Assembly (NCBI GenBank): GCA_964448535.1
Contig: CAYUWO010000001.1
Coordinates: 1-43,063 of the forward strand
Length of the DNA: 43,063 nt
Reading direction: 5' to 3'
Source: an uncultured Gammaproteobacteria bacterium
GTDB taxonomy: Bacteria; Cyanobacteriota; Vampirovibrionia; Gastranaerophilales; Gastranaerophilaceae
Notes under the pieces: model-generated
Database searches by the model: none
The model's input: only the letters and a program-made list of their open reading frames with translations
Told to the model about the DNA's origin: nothing
In this document: positions 26,392-34,656 of the stretch, piece by piece
How the letters are laid out: the number at the start of each line of letters is the position of its first letter
Numbering within the stretch: position 1 is the first letter of the stretch
Made by a program: the position numbers and the translations under genes

Positions 26392-26489
26392 CATGAAGAT
26401 TCCGGTAAGACATGCTATAATATCGGATATATAAATAGGTTTATATCTTTTCATTAGTTATTCGCCCGTGCCTTGCGCGGGCTTTTTTT
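26392..26489 (+). ncRNA. Candidate short transcript of about 95 nt (sRNA, or leaderless mRNA for a 13-aa peptide MKIPVRHAIISDI)
   Basis: Bounded by the consensus promoter and a clean terminator. An ATG at 26393 sits at the predicted +1 and its ORF ends at 26434. An internal hairpin lies around 26425-26447. Confidence 0.35.
26464..26489 (+). terminator. Intrinsic terminator of the short transcript
   Basis: GCCCGTG/CGCGGGC (7 bp including one GU) with loop CCTTG, followed by T7. Confidence 0.75.
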
Positions 26490-26683
26490 AACGGTTTTTA
26501 AAAGCCTGATTAAGCCTTTCGGGAAAGCTGATAAACCTTTTTTTAAGAAAGTTATAATGGGTCAAACGGTTAAATTTTTCAATTTTTTATAAGCTTGCAT
26601 TCATTTTTTTTTTAATATAAAATTTGATAACTCACTTTTTATAATCCTCTGTCGTTTAGAAACTACAGTAAAGGAGAGAAAAA

Positions 26684-26953
26684 ATGGCAAATATTAAATC
26701 TGCAAAGAAAAGAGTTCTTGTCGCAAAAAGAAACGAAGAAAGAAACACCGCTTTTAAATCATCAATTAAAACGGCGATTAAAAAAGCTTTGGCTTTTGCC
26801 GCAGGCGATGACAAAGAAGCGCTCAAAAATGCGCTTTCTAAAGTTTATCAATTATGCGACAAAGCGGTTTCCAAAGGTATTTTACACAAAAATACCGCCG
26901 CAAGAAAAAAATCCCGATTAACTGTTGCAATTAACAAATTGCAGTCAAAATAA
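26684..26953 (+). CDS. rpsT: 30S ribosomal protein S20
   Basis: MANIKSAKKRVLVAKRNEERN. SD AAAGGAGAG. Confidence 0.95.
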   Translation: MANIKSAKKRVLVAKRNEERNTAFKSSIKTAIKKALAFAAGDDKEALKNALSKVYQLCDKAVSKGILHKNTAARKKSRLTVAINKLQSK

Positions 26954-26973
26954 CCGGATAATATTGCTGTTTT

Positions 26974-27008
26974 AAACCCGCGCCTCATTATCGCGGGTTT
27001 TTTGTTTT
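26974..27008 (+). terminator. Intrinsic terminator of rpsT
   Basis: ACCCGCG/CGCGGGT stem followed by a T-run. Confidence 0.8.
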
Positions 27009-27169
27009 GTTGAAAAATTTAATAAAAGAAGTTAAAATAAGGTTCGGGAAATATAAAAAGTTTTGGCTGATACGGCAAAACGCATATAATGTTTGCTTGC
27101 AATTCGGTTTAAATAACAGACATTATCGGCTACCGCCGCTGTAATATATTAGAAAATAATTTACTAAAA

Positions 27170-27961
27170 ATGAATAAAATAACCTTAAATAACGGATTAA
27201 AAATTCCAAAAATCGGTTACGGAACATATCAAATGCCGCCAACAATTACTCAAAAGTGTGTCGAGAAAGCTCTTGAAACAGGATACAGACACATTGATAC
27301 CGCTCAATGTTACGGCAATGAAAAAGAAGTCGAATTTGCAGTTGAAAATTCAAATATACCAAGAAGTGAAATATTTATTACAACTAAATTATGGGCTTGC
27401 AGCGGTTATAATGACACTCTGAAATCTATTGATAAATCTTTAGAAAGGCTTAAAGAGATAGATTTACTTTTAATGCATGAGCCGATGGGAAATGTATATG
27501 AAGTTTATCGTGCCATGGAGGACAGCTATAAAGAGGGCAAAGTTAAATCAATAGGCATTTCAAACTTTATGAAAGACAGATATATTGATTTGATTAAACA
27601 TTGCAGGATTATCCCTGTAATAAATCAGGTTGAAACTCACGTTTTCAGGCAACAAACAGATTTAAGAAAAGCGCAGAAACAATATGGAACAAGTTCTGAG
27701 GCTTGGTCGCCTTTGGCTTGCGGAAGAAATAATATTTTTAACAATGAAGTTTTAAGCAAAATTGCAAAAGAATACAATAAAACTACCGCACAAATTGCTT
27801 TAAGATTTCTTTACCAACAAGATATTATAATTATTCCAAAAAGTACACATAAAGAAAGAATGACAGAAAATCTTAATATTTGGGATTTTGAATTAACAAA
27901 AGACAACATGAACGAATTAAAAACATTAGATAAAGGACAAAGTTTGTTCGGCTGGTGGTAA
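27170..27961 (+). CDS. Aldo/keto reductase (2,5-diketo-D-gluconate reductase-like)
   Basis: GYGTYQ, GYRHIDTAQCYGNE, ITTKLW, IGISNF, IPKS. Confidence 0.85.
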   Translation: MNKITLNNGLKIPKIGYGTYQMPPTITQKCVEKALETGYRHIDTAQCYGNEKEVEFAVENSNIPRSEIFITTKLWACSGYNDTLKSIDKSLERLKEIDLLLMHEPMGNVYEVYRAMEDSYKEGKVKSIGISNFMKDRYIDLIKHCRIIPVINQVETHVFRQQTDLRKAQKQYGTSSEAWSPLACGRNNIFNNEVLSKIAKEYNKTTAQIALRFLYQQDIIIIPKSTHKERMTENLNIWDFELTKDNMNELKTLDKGQSLFGWW

Positions 27962-28260
27962 TCGGTGTTTAATCAAGAAGTGCGGAAGCATTGGAATAAA
28001 TCCGTTAGGATAACAATAATCCCCCGCAATATTATCGCAACTATAGGGAATATTACGTTTCCTCACACACCATGGAGATTTTCTGCCGCAAGAGATTAGA
28101 GCATACAGATATTGACTTATTAAAGACAAAATTTTACGACCGGCGTTATTATTCAAATGGTCGGATAAGCCGTTTTATATTCATCTGTTGGGGTATTTTC
28201 TTGATTTTTGCAAAATTAACTCAAATATACTATTATTCAAGCAAGGTTACAACAATAATA

Positions 28261-28346
28261 TGCCGATGGCCGGACTCGAACCGGCACGTGGGGTGAACCA
28301 CACCGGATTTTGAGTCCGGCACGTCTACCAATTTCATCACATCGGC
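28261..28346 (-). tRNA. tRNA-Leu (anticodon CAA)
   Basis: Folded by hand on the minus strand. Acceptor GCCGATG/CATCGGC, GGTAGA D loop, anticodon stem CCGGA/TCCGG with loop CTCAAAA. Long variable arm GTGG-TTCACC-CCAC, T arm GCCGG-TTCGAGT-CCGGC, discriminator A. Confidence 0.9.
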
Positions 28347-28463
28347 ATAAAAACTTGATTTTATGCGGGTCATCTACCCCTTTGTTTTTAATTAAGCTTT
28401 TTTAAGCTTTCCTTATTTTGAATGATATCAAAAATAAGAATATCTGTCAAAGTTGTTTAAAAA

Positions 28464-29330
28464 CTATAAAATAAAGGCTAAAATCATCAAAAGGAAAGTT
28501 GCCGCTTGAATTCCCGAGGAAGCAAATTTTTGAAATTTGTTGTTATCGTAGAATTTAGCTGTTTTGCTTGCGGATGTGGCGGCTCTTATCCTTAATATTC
28601 TGGCGGAATCGGCGTCATCAGCAAAATTTCTCTGAAAAATTTTGTTTTCAAGCCTGCTCAATCTTAAGGGAATCGGCTCTTGGGAAAAATCTGTGGCAAA
28701 AATCATGTTTTCAAGCGCCGCAAGCTGCAATTTTATATCGTCAGTGCCGCCCCTGTAGCTATTTGGGTCTACCTGATAAGAATTATCATAATAAGACCTT
28801 GTCTGATACCCTTTTGTCGCCGTTTGCTCTGTTTCGGCTTCAGGCATGCTTATAGAGGCATGTCTGTTTAAGGCTTCCGTTCTCTGTGCAAGGTCGCCTT
28901 CCTGTTTTGCGCCGAAAACTTTCTTTTCAAGGCGCTCAAGCCTTGTGTAAATATTTTCGTTTTTATATACACTGCCTAATAATATCCCCTCCAATCGGTC
29001 AACTTGAGGGTATTCAACGCTCGAGTCGCTTTTTTCCGGAATATACAAGTCGGCAAGGGAGCTTTTTGCTTCCTGCTGAGTTTCCAGCCCTAAAGACTTT
29101 GTAATTTTATCTACCCGCTTATCGGTTCCGATTTTTGGATTGGGCACTCCGAAAATTTGTTTTTCAATCCTCTCGATTCTTGTAATGTCGTCCTCTTTTT
29201 CATAGGAAAAGCCCCACACTTCGTTTTCGATTTTTGTAAGCTGAGCTTGAAGAGGAGTTTGCGACATAGCGGAATTTCCGCATATAATTAGAGTTAACAA
29301 TATTAAAAGATGGACAATTATTCGTTTCAT
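28464..29330 (-). CDS. Secreted/anchored protein with a reiterated L-x-x-[IL]-E-x-x-hydrophobic-[FWL]-G motif and a C-terminal hydrophobic anchor
   Basis: Signal peptide MKRIIVHLLILLTLIICGNSAMS. Motif copies: LTKIENEVWG, ITRIERIEKQIFG, VDRLEGILLG, YTRLERLEKKVFG, LQLAALENMIFA, LRLSRLENKIFQ. C-terminal GIQAATFLLMILAFIL. Confidence 0.65.
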   Translation of the reverse strand: MKRIIVHLLILLTLIICGNSAMSQTPLQAQLTKIENEVWGFSYEKEDDITRIERIEKQIFGVPNPKIGTDKRVDKITKSLGLETQQEAKSSLADLYIPEKSDSSVEYPQVDRLEGILLGSVYKNENIYTRLERLEKKVFGAKQEGDLAQRTEALNRHASISMPEAETEQTATKGYQTRSYYDNSYQVDPNSYRGGTDDIKLQLAALENMIFATDFSQEPIPLRLSRLENKIFQRNFADDADSARILRIRAATSASKTAKFYDNNKFQKFASSGIQAATFLLMILAFIL

Positions 29331-29526
29331 AATAATATCATTATATCAGACAATAAATTTAATTATATAGAGTTTTGGCTTAAATTGCCTGATGAGATAA
29401 AAGGGGCGTATTTTATTTTTTATTTATCCCGATTATTAATTTTAATTTATGAGCAAAAATAGACCCCTCCCGTAGGGTTTACTCTTTGTCTTTAAGAGTT
29501 ATTATATAAGTTGAAAGGAAATTATT

Positions 29527-30945
29527 ATGTATAATCCAAAATCGGGCAAGGCGGAAGAATTTATTGACCATAAGGAAATTTTGGATACTTTAAAATACGC
29601 CTTCGAGAATAAAAACAATGTTGAACTTATTAAAAAAATTATAGAAAAGGCTAAAGAAAAAAAAGGGCTGAACCACAGAGAGGCTCTTGTTCTTTTGGAT
29701 TGCGAAATTGAGGAGTTAAATGAAGAGATTTTTAAACTTGCAAAAAAGATAAAGAAAGATTTTTACGGAAACAGGATTGTTCTTTTTGCGCCCTTATACC
29801 TTTCAAACTATTGCGTAAACGGGTGTGTATACTGCCCGTACCATTATAAAAATAAGCACATTTCAAGAAAAAAGTTATCTCAAAAGGAAATAAAAAAAGA
29901 AGTTATTGCCTTGCAGGATTTAGGGCACAAGAGGCTTGCGCTTGAAGCGGGGGAGGACCCTATAAACAACCCGATTGAATACATTTTAGAATCAATCAAA
30001 ACCGTATATGGCACAAAACATAAAAACGGCGCTATAAGACGCGTAAACGTAAATATTGCGGCAACCTCAAAAGAAAACTATAAAAAGTTAAAAGAAGCGG
30101 GAATAGGCACTTATATTCTTTTTCAGGAAACTTACCACAAAGAAAATTATGAAAAATTGCACCCGACAGGTCCGAAACACAACTACTCTTACCATACCGA
30201 AGCCATGGACAGAGCAATGGAGGCGGGAATTGACGATGTGGGGCTCGGGGTTTTATACGGCTTAAGTTTATACAGATATGAGCTTGCGGGGCTTTTAATG
30301 CATGCAGAACATCTGGAGGCAGTTTTTGGGGTGGGGCCGCATACTGTTTCGGTTCCAAGAATCAAAAAAGCCGATGACATTGACCCTAAGGTTTTTGATA
30401 ACGGAATTGATGATAAAACATTTGAAAAAATAATCGCCGTTTTAAGAATAGCTGTTCCCTACACAGGAATGATTATTTCAACAAGAGAAACCGCAGCTTT
30501 AAGAAAACGGGCGCTTGAGCTTGGAATAACTCAAATTTCGGGCGGTTCAAAAACATCGGTCGGAGGGTATGCAGAAGAAGAATCAAAAGAGGATAATTCG
30601 GCGCAATTTGAAGTTTCCGATTTAAGAAGCCTTGATGAAGTTACAAAATGGCTTTTAGATATGGGATATATCCCGAGTTTTTGCACGGCATGCTATAGAC
30701 AGGGCAGAGTGGGCTCTGATTTTATGGAAGTTTGCAAAAAAGAAGAAATCCATAACTTTTGCTGGCCAAACGCTGTTTTAACCCTTAAAGAATATTTAAC
30801 GGACTATGCCTCGCCCGAAACAAAAAAAGCGGGGGAAGCAATTATAAAAAGAGAGCTGGAGTCTATAGACAATCCCTTGCTTAAAGAAAAAATCATTGAG
30901 AATTTAAAAAATATAGAGGAAGGCAAAAGGGATTATAAAGTATAG
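29527..30945 (+). CDS. hydG: [FeFe]-hydrogenase maturase HydG (radical SAM tyrosine lyase)
   Basis: Radical SAM CVNGCVYCPY (Cx3Cx2C). Length 472 aa. The C-terminal CTACYRQGRVGSDFMEVCKKEEIHNFC gives exactly the Cx2Cx22C motif that distinguishes HydG from the shorter ThiH. Confidence 0.8.
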   Translation: MYNPKSGKAEEFIDHKEILDTLKYAFENKNNVELIKKIIEKAKEKKGLNHREALVLLDCEIEELNEEIFKLAKKIKKDFYGNRIVLFAPLYLSNYCVNGCVYCPYHYKNKHISRKKLSQKEIKKEVIALQDLGHKRLALEAGEDPINNPIEYILESIKTVYGTKHKNGAIRRVNVNIAATSKENYKKLKEAGIGTYILFQETYHKENYEKLHPTGPKHNYSYHTEAMDRAMEAGIDDVGLGVLYGLSLYRYELAGLLMHAEHLEAVFGVGPHTVSVPRIKKADDIDPKVFDNGIDDKTFEKIIAVLRIAVPYTGMIISTRETAALRKRALELGITQISGGSKTSVGGYAEEESKEDNSAQFEVSDLRSLDEVTKWLLDMGYIPSFCTACYRQGRVGSDFMEVCKKEEIHNFCWPNAVLTLKEYLTDYASPETKKAGEAIIKRELESIDNPLLKEKIIENLKNIEEGKRDYKV

Positions 30946-31001
30946 ATTGCATTATTAAATAAAAAATAGTAATATAGTTGCTGTAAGAAAGGTGCTTTTT
31001 T

Positions 31002-32444
31002 GTGAAGAAGATATTAATTATCTTAGTTTTAGTAACAGTTATCTGCTTTGTAGGGCTTTTTTTCAAAAAAAACGAAACTTTTGAGCTTGTTTCCAAAACA
31101 GATGAAGTTAAAGACGGGGCGATTTATGTTGAAGAATGCCTCAGGGGTAAGGTTTTCGCTCTTGATGAAAATCAAATTTTGCACATTTATATTAAAGATG
31201 CTGAAGTTTATTTTGACATAATAAACTTAGACAAAAAAGAAAGAACAACCAGAAAGAAAATTTCAAAAAATGAGCTTGGGGATTTAAAAGTTTCCTTCCC
31301 TTATATAGTTTCTGCCCCCGAATATACGAAACTCAAGGGGGAAAAATATCTTGTTAATTTTAACGGAATCCTTGAAGGAGAGCCTGTTAACAGAATTATT
31401 CTTTACGATTTTACAAAAAACAAGTATAAATTTTTAACAACCCCGATTAAAAAAGAAATTAAAAAAGCGGACGGGGACAGATATGCCGTTTTTTATGATA
31501 AGGCTTCAGGCAAGCTTTTAAAAATGGTAGTTTTTGACAAGCAAAAAACTGCGTTTGTTTCTTATAAATCGGTTCCCATTGTCGAAAATTCCAATCTTTA
31601 TCCTTTAAAAAACGGAAAGTTTTTAATACGGGGTATTTCCCAAAAAATATACGGCATATTTGACCCTGCAACAGGCAAAGTTTCTGATTTTGCAAAATCA
31701 AAGCTTGAAGATAAGTATTCTTTTGAAGAAATCGGAAACGGGAACCTTGTTTTTATAACAAAACAGGGGGATAAACAGGCGATAGAAGTTTATGACATTA
31801 AAGAAAACAAATTTAAAACTTTTTATGAAGGAAAAGCAAAAATTATCATTGAACCCGTGATAGGAAATGTCAGAAATGGCGATTATATCTTTCTTACGGT
31901 GGATGAAGCCGAGTATTCTTTAAATACTTTAACGGGGAATATGATAAAACTTGAAAAAACAAAAGGGGATAGGGTTACTTTTCCTTTAGCTTTGGAAGAT
32001 GACAAAATAATTTTAAATAAAACAAAAGGGGCAAGAGTTGTCGACCTTAAAACGGGCAAGGTTATCTCTAAGGTTAAACTTCCCGGTTGGCCGGGGAGCA
32101 TTGCCTATGCTATTGATAAAGATAAAGAAATTATTATAAATGATATGACGGATATCACCCTTGTTTTTGACCGTAAAAACAACAGGCTTAAAAAAAGCGC
32201 TCTGCTTACGGGGAAATTTTATCACCCCATGCCCATGCAAATTGTAAACACCGGAAAATACATTGTTGTTCATTATTGTGAAAACATGAGCCAAAATGAG
32301 AAAAAATATGGTAAAATAGGAAAGCTGTATGATTTGTTTATGATTTCATACTGTGCCGAAAGATATAACAAAACATGTTATATGTTCAATAAAAATTCCG
32401 ACTATAGTTTTGTTATAACCGATGTAATAAGGAACTTGGAATGA
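31002..32444 (+). CDS. Membrane-anchored hypothetical protein, 480 aa, repeated beta-strand motifs (propeller-like), first of a tandem paralog pair
   Basis: GTG start with AAGGTG upstream. N-terminal anchor KKILIILVLVTVICFVGLFF. Recurring [IV]x[LVI][YF]Dxx[TN]xK units: ILYDFTKNKYK, GIFDPATGKV, IEVYDIKENKF, VVDLKTGKV, LVFDRKNNRL. Cys-containing C-terminus. Confidence 0.65.
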   Translation: MKKILIILVLVTVICFVGLFFKKNETFELVSKTDEVKDGAIYVEECLRGKVFALDENQILHIYIKDAEVYFDIINLDKKERTTRKKISKNELGDLKVSFPYIVSAPEYTKLKGEKYLVNFNGILEGEPVNRIILYDFTKNKYKFLTTPIKKEIKKADGDRYAVFYDKASGKLLKMVVFDKQKTAFVSYKSVPIVENSNLYPLKNGKFLIRGISQKIYGIFDPATGKVSDFAKSKLEDKYSFEEIGNGNLVFITKQGDKQAIEVYDIKENKFKTFYEGKAKIIIEPVIGNVRNGDYIFLTVDEAEYSLNTLTGNMIKLEKTKGDRVTFPLALEDDKIILNKTKGARVVDLKTGKVISKVKLPGWPGSIAYAIDKDKEIIINDMTDITLVFDRKNNRLKKSALLTGKFYHPMPMQIVNTGKYIVVHYCENMSQNEKKYGKIGKLYDLFMISYCAERYNKTCYMFNKNSDYSFVITDVIRNLE

Positions 32445-33940
32445 AAAAAATATTAATTACTCTTTGCACGCTCTTAATCTTGATATTTGCCGTTCGGCTC
32501 ATATATAAAACTTTGACCGAAGGCATGTTTGCTTGGGGAATAAAAAAAGATCCCACGGCAAAGTTTGAGCTTTTTTACACTTCTCAGGAGGGCGACCCCG
32601 ACTTGGTAGCTTCTGCCGGCGAGGTTTATAAAATAAATGATGACACGGTTTTACATGTTTGTATTAAAAACACCAATGTTTATTTTGTTACAATCAACCC
32701 GAACGATAAAAAGATTTATTACCAGAGAATTATAAAAAATGAAGAATTGGGACATCCTGATATAACTAACGAGTTTTTCGTTTTGACGGGTGTAAACAAA
32801 GATAAGGTTCTGTTTGGTTTTAACGATGCAAAAATTGAACACACAAAAATATATCTGTACGATTTTAAAACGGATAAATACAAAGAGCTTAAATTCGGTA
32901 AAATAAAAAGAATTTCAAGACGCCCGTTTATAGCGGAAAACGGCAAAGTCGTTTTTTATGAAACAAAGCATAATAAAATCAGTTCTGTTGAAATTTATAA
33001 TCCGAAAACGGGCAAAATTGAACAGGGCTTGGATTTAAGCAAAAAAGACTGTTCTCATTTCGGGTATCTTAGGAAAAATAAAATGGCTATGATATCAAAA
33101 TCCGATAATGATAAAGCGCACAGAAAGATTATCGGAATATATGACCTTGAGCAAAATAAAATCATTAATTTCCCCAAAACCCATTATCCGCACATGGTTC
33201 AGTATAAAAGAATGGGAGGGAACACAGTTTTATTTATTACGCAGGACTTAAACGGAAAACAAGCCGTTGAAGCTTATTATGCCGAAACAAACACCATAAA
33301 AACTTTAACTGATAACATAGATAAAATTGACTTCCAGCCCACGGCTTCGGGGCAGGCTAACGCAACGGTCGCCTTTATTAAATTTAATGATGAATATTAT
33401 ACTCTTGATATATTTACGGGTAAAAAAATAAAACTCGATATTAAAAATAAAAAAGATATCAATAAAATTCTCCCTATTGATTTGGGCAAAAATAAATATT
33501 TGTTGAGCGAACCGTCCGGCATGTCACTTATTGATTTAAACACCGGCAAAATTACAAAAACGGGTAAAAAAATCATATTCATCTCTACTTACACGGGATA
33601 CCCGCTCAACGATGATACAACCATTGTTATCAACAGCTACACAACCAATTCTTTTATTTTTGACCATAAAACAAACGAATTAAAAATGGGGCCCGGTCTT
33701 ATTTCTCAAGATTTCAGAAATATTGTGTATGAATCGTTTATCCCTATTAGCGACACCAAGGCTTTATTTATGTACAAAGAAGTTTATAGCGGGCTGGAAA
33801 AGCGTTTCGGAGTTTCAGGCGGCATAATTATGCAGTGTATTGAAGCGATGTGCGACGGACACGGCAACAATTCTTTTTGCAGATATTACAACTCGCTTCC
33901 GCAATACAGTGTACTTGCAATTGAATTATTTACAAGATAA
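32441..33940 (+). CDS. Membrane-anchored hypothetical protein, 499 aa, paralog of 31002..32444
   Basis: ATGA overlap with the upstream paralog. Collinear matches: VLHVCIKNTNVYFVTIN vs ILHIYIKDAEVYFDIIN, IYLYDFKTDKYKEL vs IILYDFTKNKYKFL, VLFITQDLNGKQAVEAY vs LVFITKQGDKQAIEVY, LIDLNTGKITK vs VVDLKTGKVIS. Confidence 0.65.
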   Translation: MKKILITLCTLLILIFAVRLIYKTLTEGMFAWGIKKDPTAKFELFYTSQEGDPDLVASAGEVYKINDDTVLHVCIKNTNVYFVTINPNDKKIYYQRIIKNEELGHPDITNEFFVLTGVNKDKVLFGFNDAKIEHTKIYLYDFKTDKYKELKFGKIKRISRRPFIAENGKVVFYETKHNKISSVEIYNPKTGKIEQGLDLSKKDCSHFGYLRKNKMAMISKSDNDKAHRKIIGIYDLEQNKIINFPKTHYPHMVQYKRMGGNTVLFITQDLNGKQAVEAYYAETNTIKTLTDNIDKIDFQPTASGQANATVAFIKFNDEYYTLDIFTGKKIKLDIKNKKDINKILPIDLGKNKYLLSEPSGMSLIDLNTGKITKTGKKIIFISTYTGYPLNDDTTIVINSYTTNSFIFDHKTNELKMGPGLISQDFRNIVYESFIPISDTKALFMYKEVYSGLEKRFGVSGGIIMQCIEAMCDGHGNNSFCRYYNSLPQYSVLAIELFTR

Positions 33941-33952
33941 AAAGCGGGGGGT

Positions 33953-33985
33953 TTTTCTTGCTTTTATTTTAAATAATAATTTAAA
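33953..33985. repeat. Direct repeat, copy 1 (TTTTCTTGCTTTTATTTTAAATAATAATTTAAA)
   Basis: The first 21 nt are identical to copy 2; the rest differs by a small indel. It overlaps a possible G:U-rich terminator stem after the 32441..33940 gene. Confidence 0.6.
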
Positions 33986-34023
33986 AAGATAATTCAGAGG
34001 CGGGCAATGTCAGCATAAAGAGC

Positions 34024-34054
34024 TTTTCTTGCTTTTATTTTAAAATAATTTAAA
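34024..34054. repeat. Direct repeat, copy 2 (TTTTCTTGCTTTTATTTTAAAATAATTTAAA)
   Basis: See copy 1. The two copies start 71 nt apart in non-coding DNA. Confidence 0.6.
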
Positions 34055-34162
34055 CGACAAAATCAAAAGCTTTAAATTGGCTGCTAAATTTCCTAAAGGG
34101 GACTTTTATATAAAATGTATAAATAAAGGGACGGCGAAAACAGCAAGACTGTTTATTCATGC

Positions 34163-34193
34163 AAAAATATAGTAAGGATAGAGTATCCTTACT
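34163..34193 (-). terminator. Intrinsic terminator of hup
   Basis: AGTAAGGATA/TATCCTTACT, a 10-bp stem with a 3-nt loop, followed on the minus strand by ATATTTTTG. Confidence 0.7.
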
Positions 34194-34214
34194 ATACTAA
34201 ATTTTTCACAAGAA

Positions 34215-34493
34215 CTATTTTTTGTTAACGAGTTCTTTGAATTTTTTACCTGCTGAAAATGCGGGAACAGTTTTTTCGGCAATTTTGATTTCTTTTCCTG
34301 TTTGAGGATTGCGGCCTGTTCTTGCTGCACGTTTGCGAGCTTCAAAAGTTCCAAAACCTACTAATGTAACTTTTTGACCTTTTGAAACCGATTTTTGAAC
34401 TGTTTCAATGAAACCGTTTAAAACTTCAGCAACTTCCTTTTGTGTAACCTTTGCTTTTTTGGCAACTTCTTGTACTAATTCTTCTTTGTTCAT
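34215..34493 (-). CDS. hup: DNA-binding protein HU
   Basis: MNKEELVQEVAKKAKVTQKEV...GFGTFEARKRAARTGRNPQTGKEIKI. I use the internal ATG at 34493 rather than the track's 34571, which would add a non-HU extension. Confidence 0.9.
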   Translation of the reverse strand: MNKEELVQEVAKKAKVTQKEVAEVLNGFIETVQKSVSKGQKVTLVGFGTFEARKRAARTGRNPQTGKEIKIAEKTVPAFSAGKKFKELVNKK

Positions 34494-34656
34494 TATGAAC
34501 CCCTTTCTATATGTGTCCTGATTATATTTAACTTTTAGCCATTTGGCAAGTTTTTTATAAAAAAAATACAAAACTTATACTATTTTTGATAAAATCTAAT
34601 TACAATTAGCCATATAGGCTATTTAATCGTCAAAACGCTTATAGGACAAGGGAAAA

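Noticed and set aside
28072-28296. ORF 28072..28296 (+) and ORF 27926..28156 (-) in the spacer after the aldo/keto reductase
   Set aside because: The first runs into the tRNA-Leu(CAA) gene and the second overlaps the reductase 3' end. Neither has an SD or a recognisable motif. I also found no copy of the tRNA 3' end here that would mark an integration scar.
33953-34054. The two-copy direct repeat considered as a minimal CRISPR array
   Set aside because: There are only two copies. They are extremely A/T-rich and imperfect in their 3' halves, with no cas genes and no further repeats.
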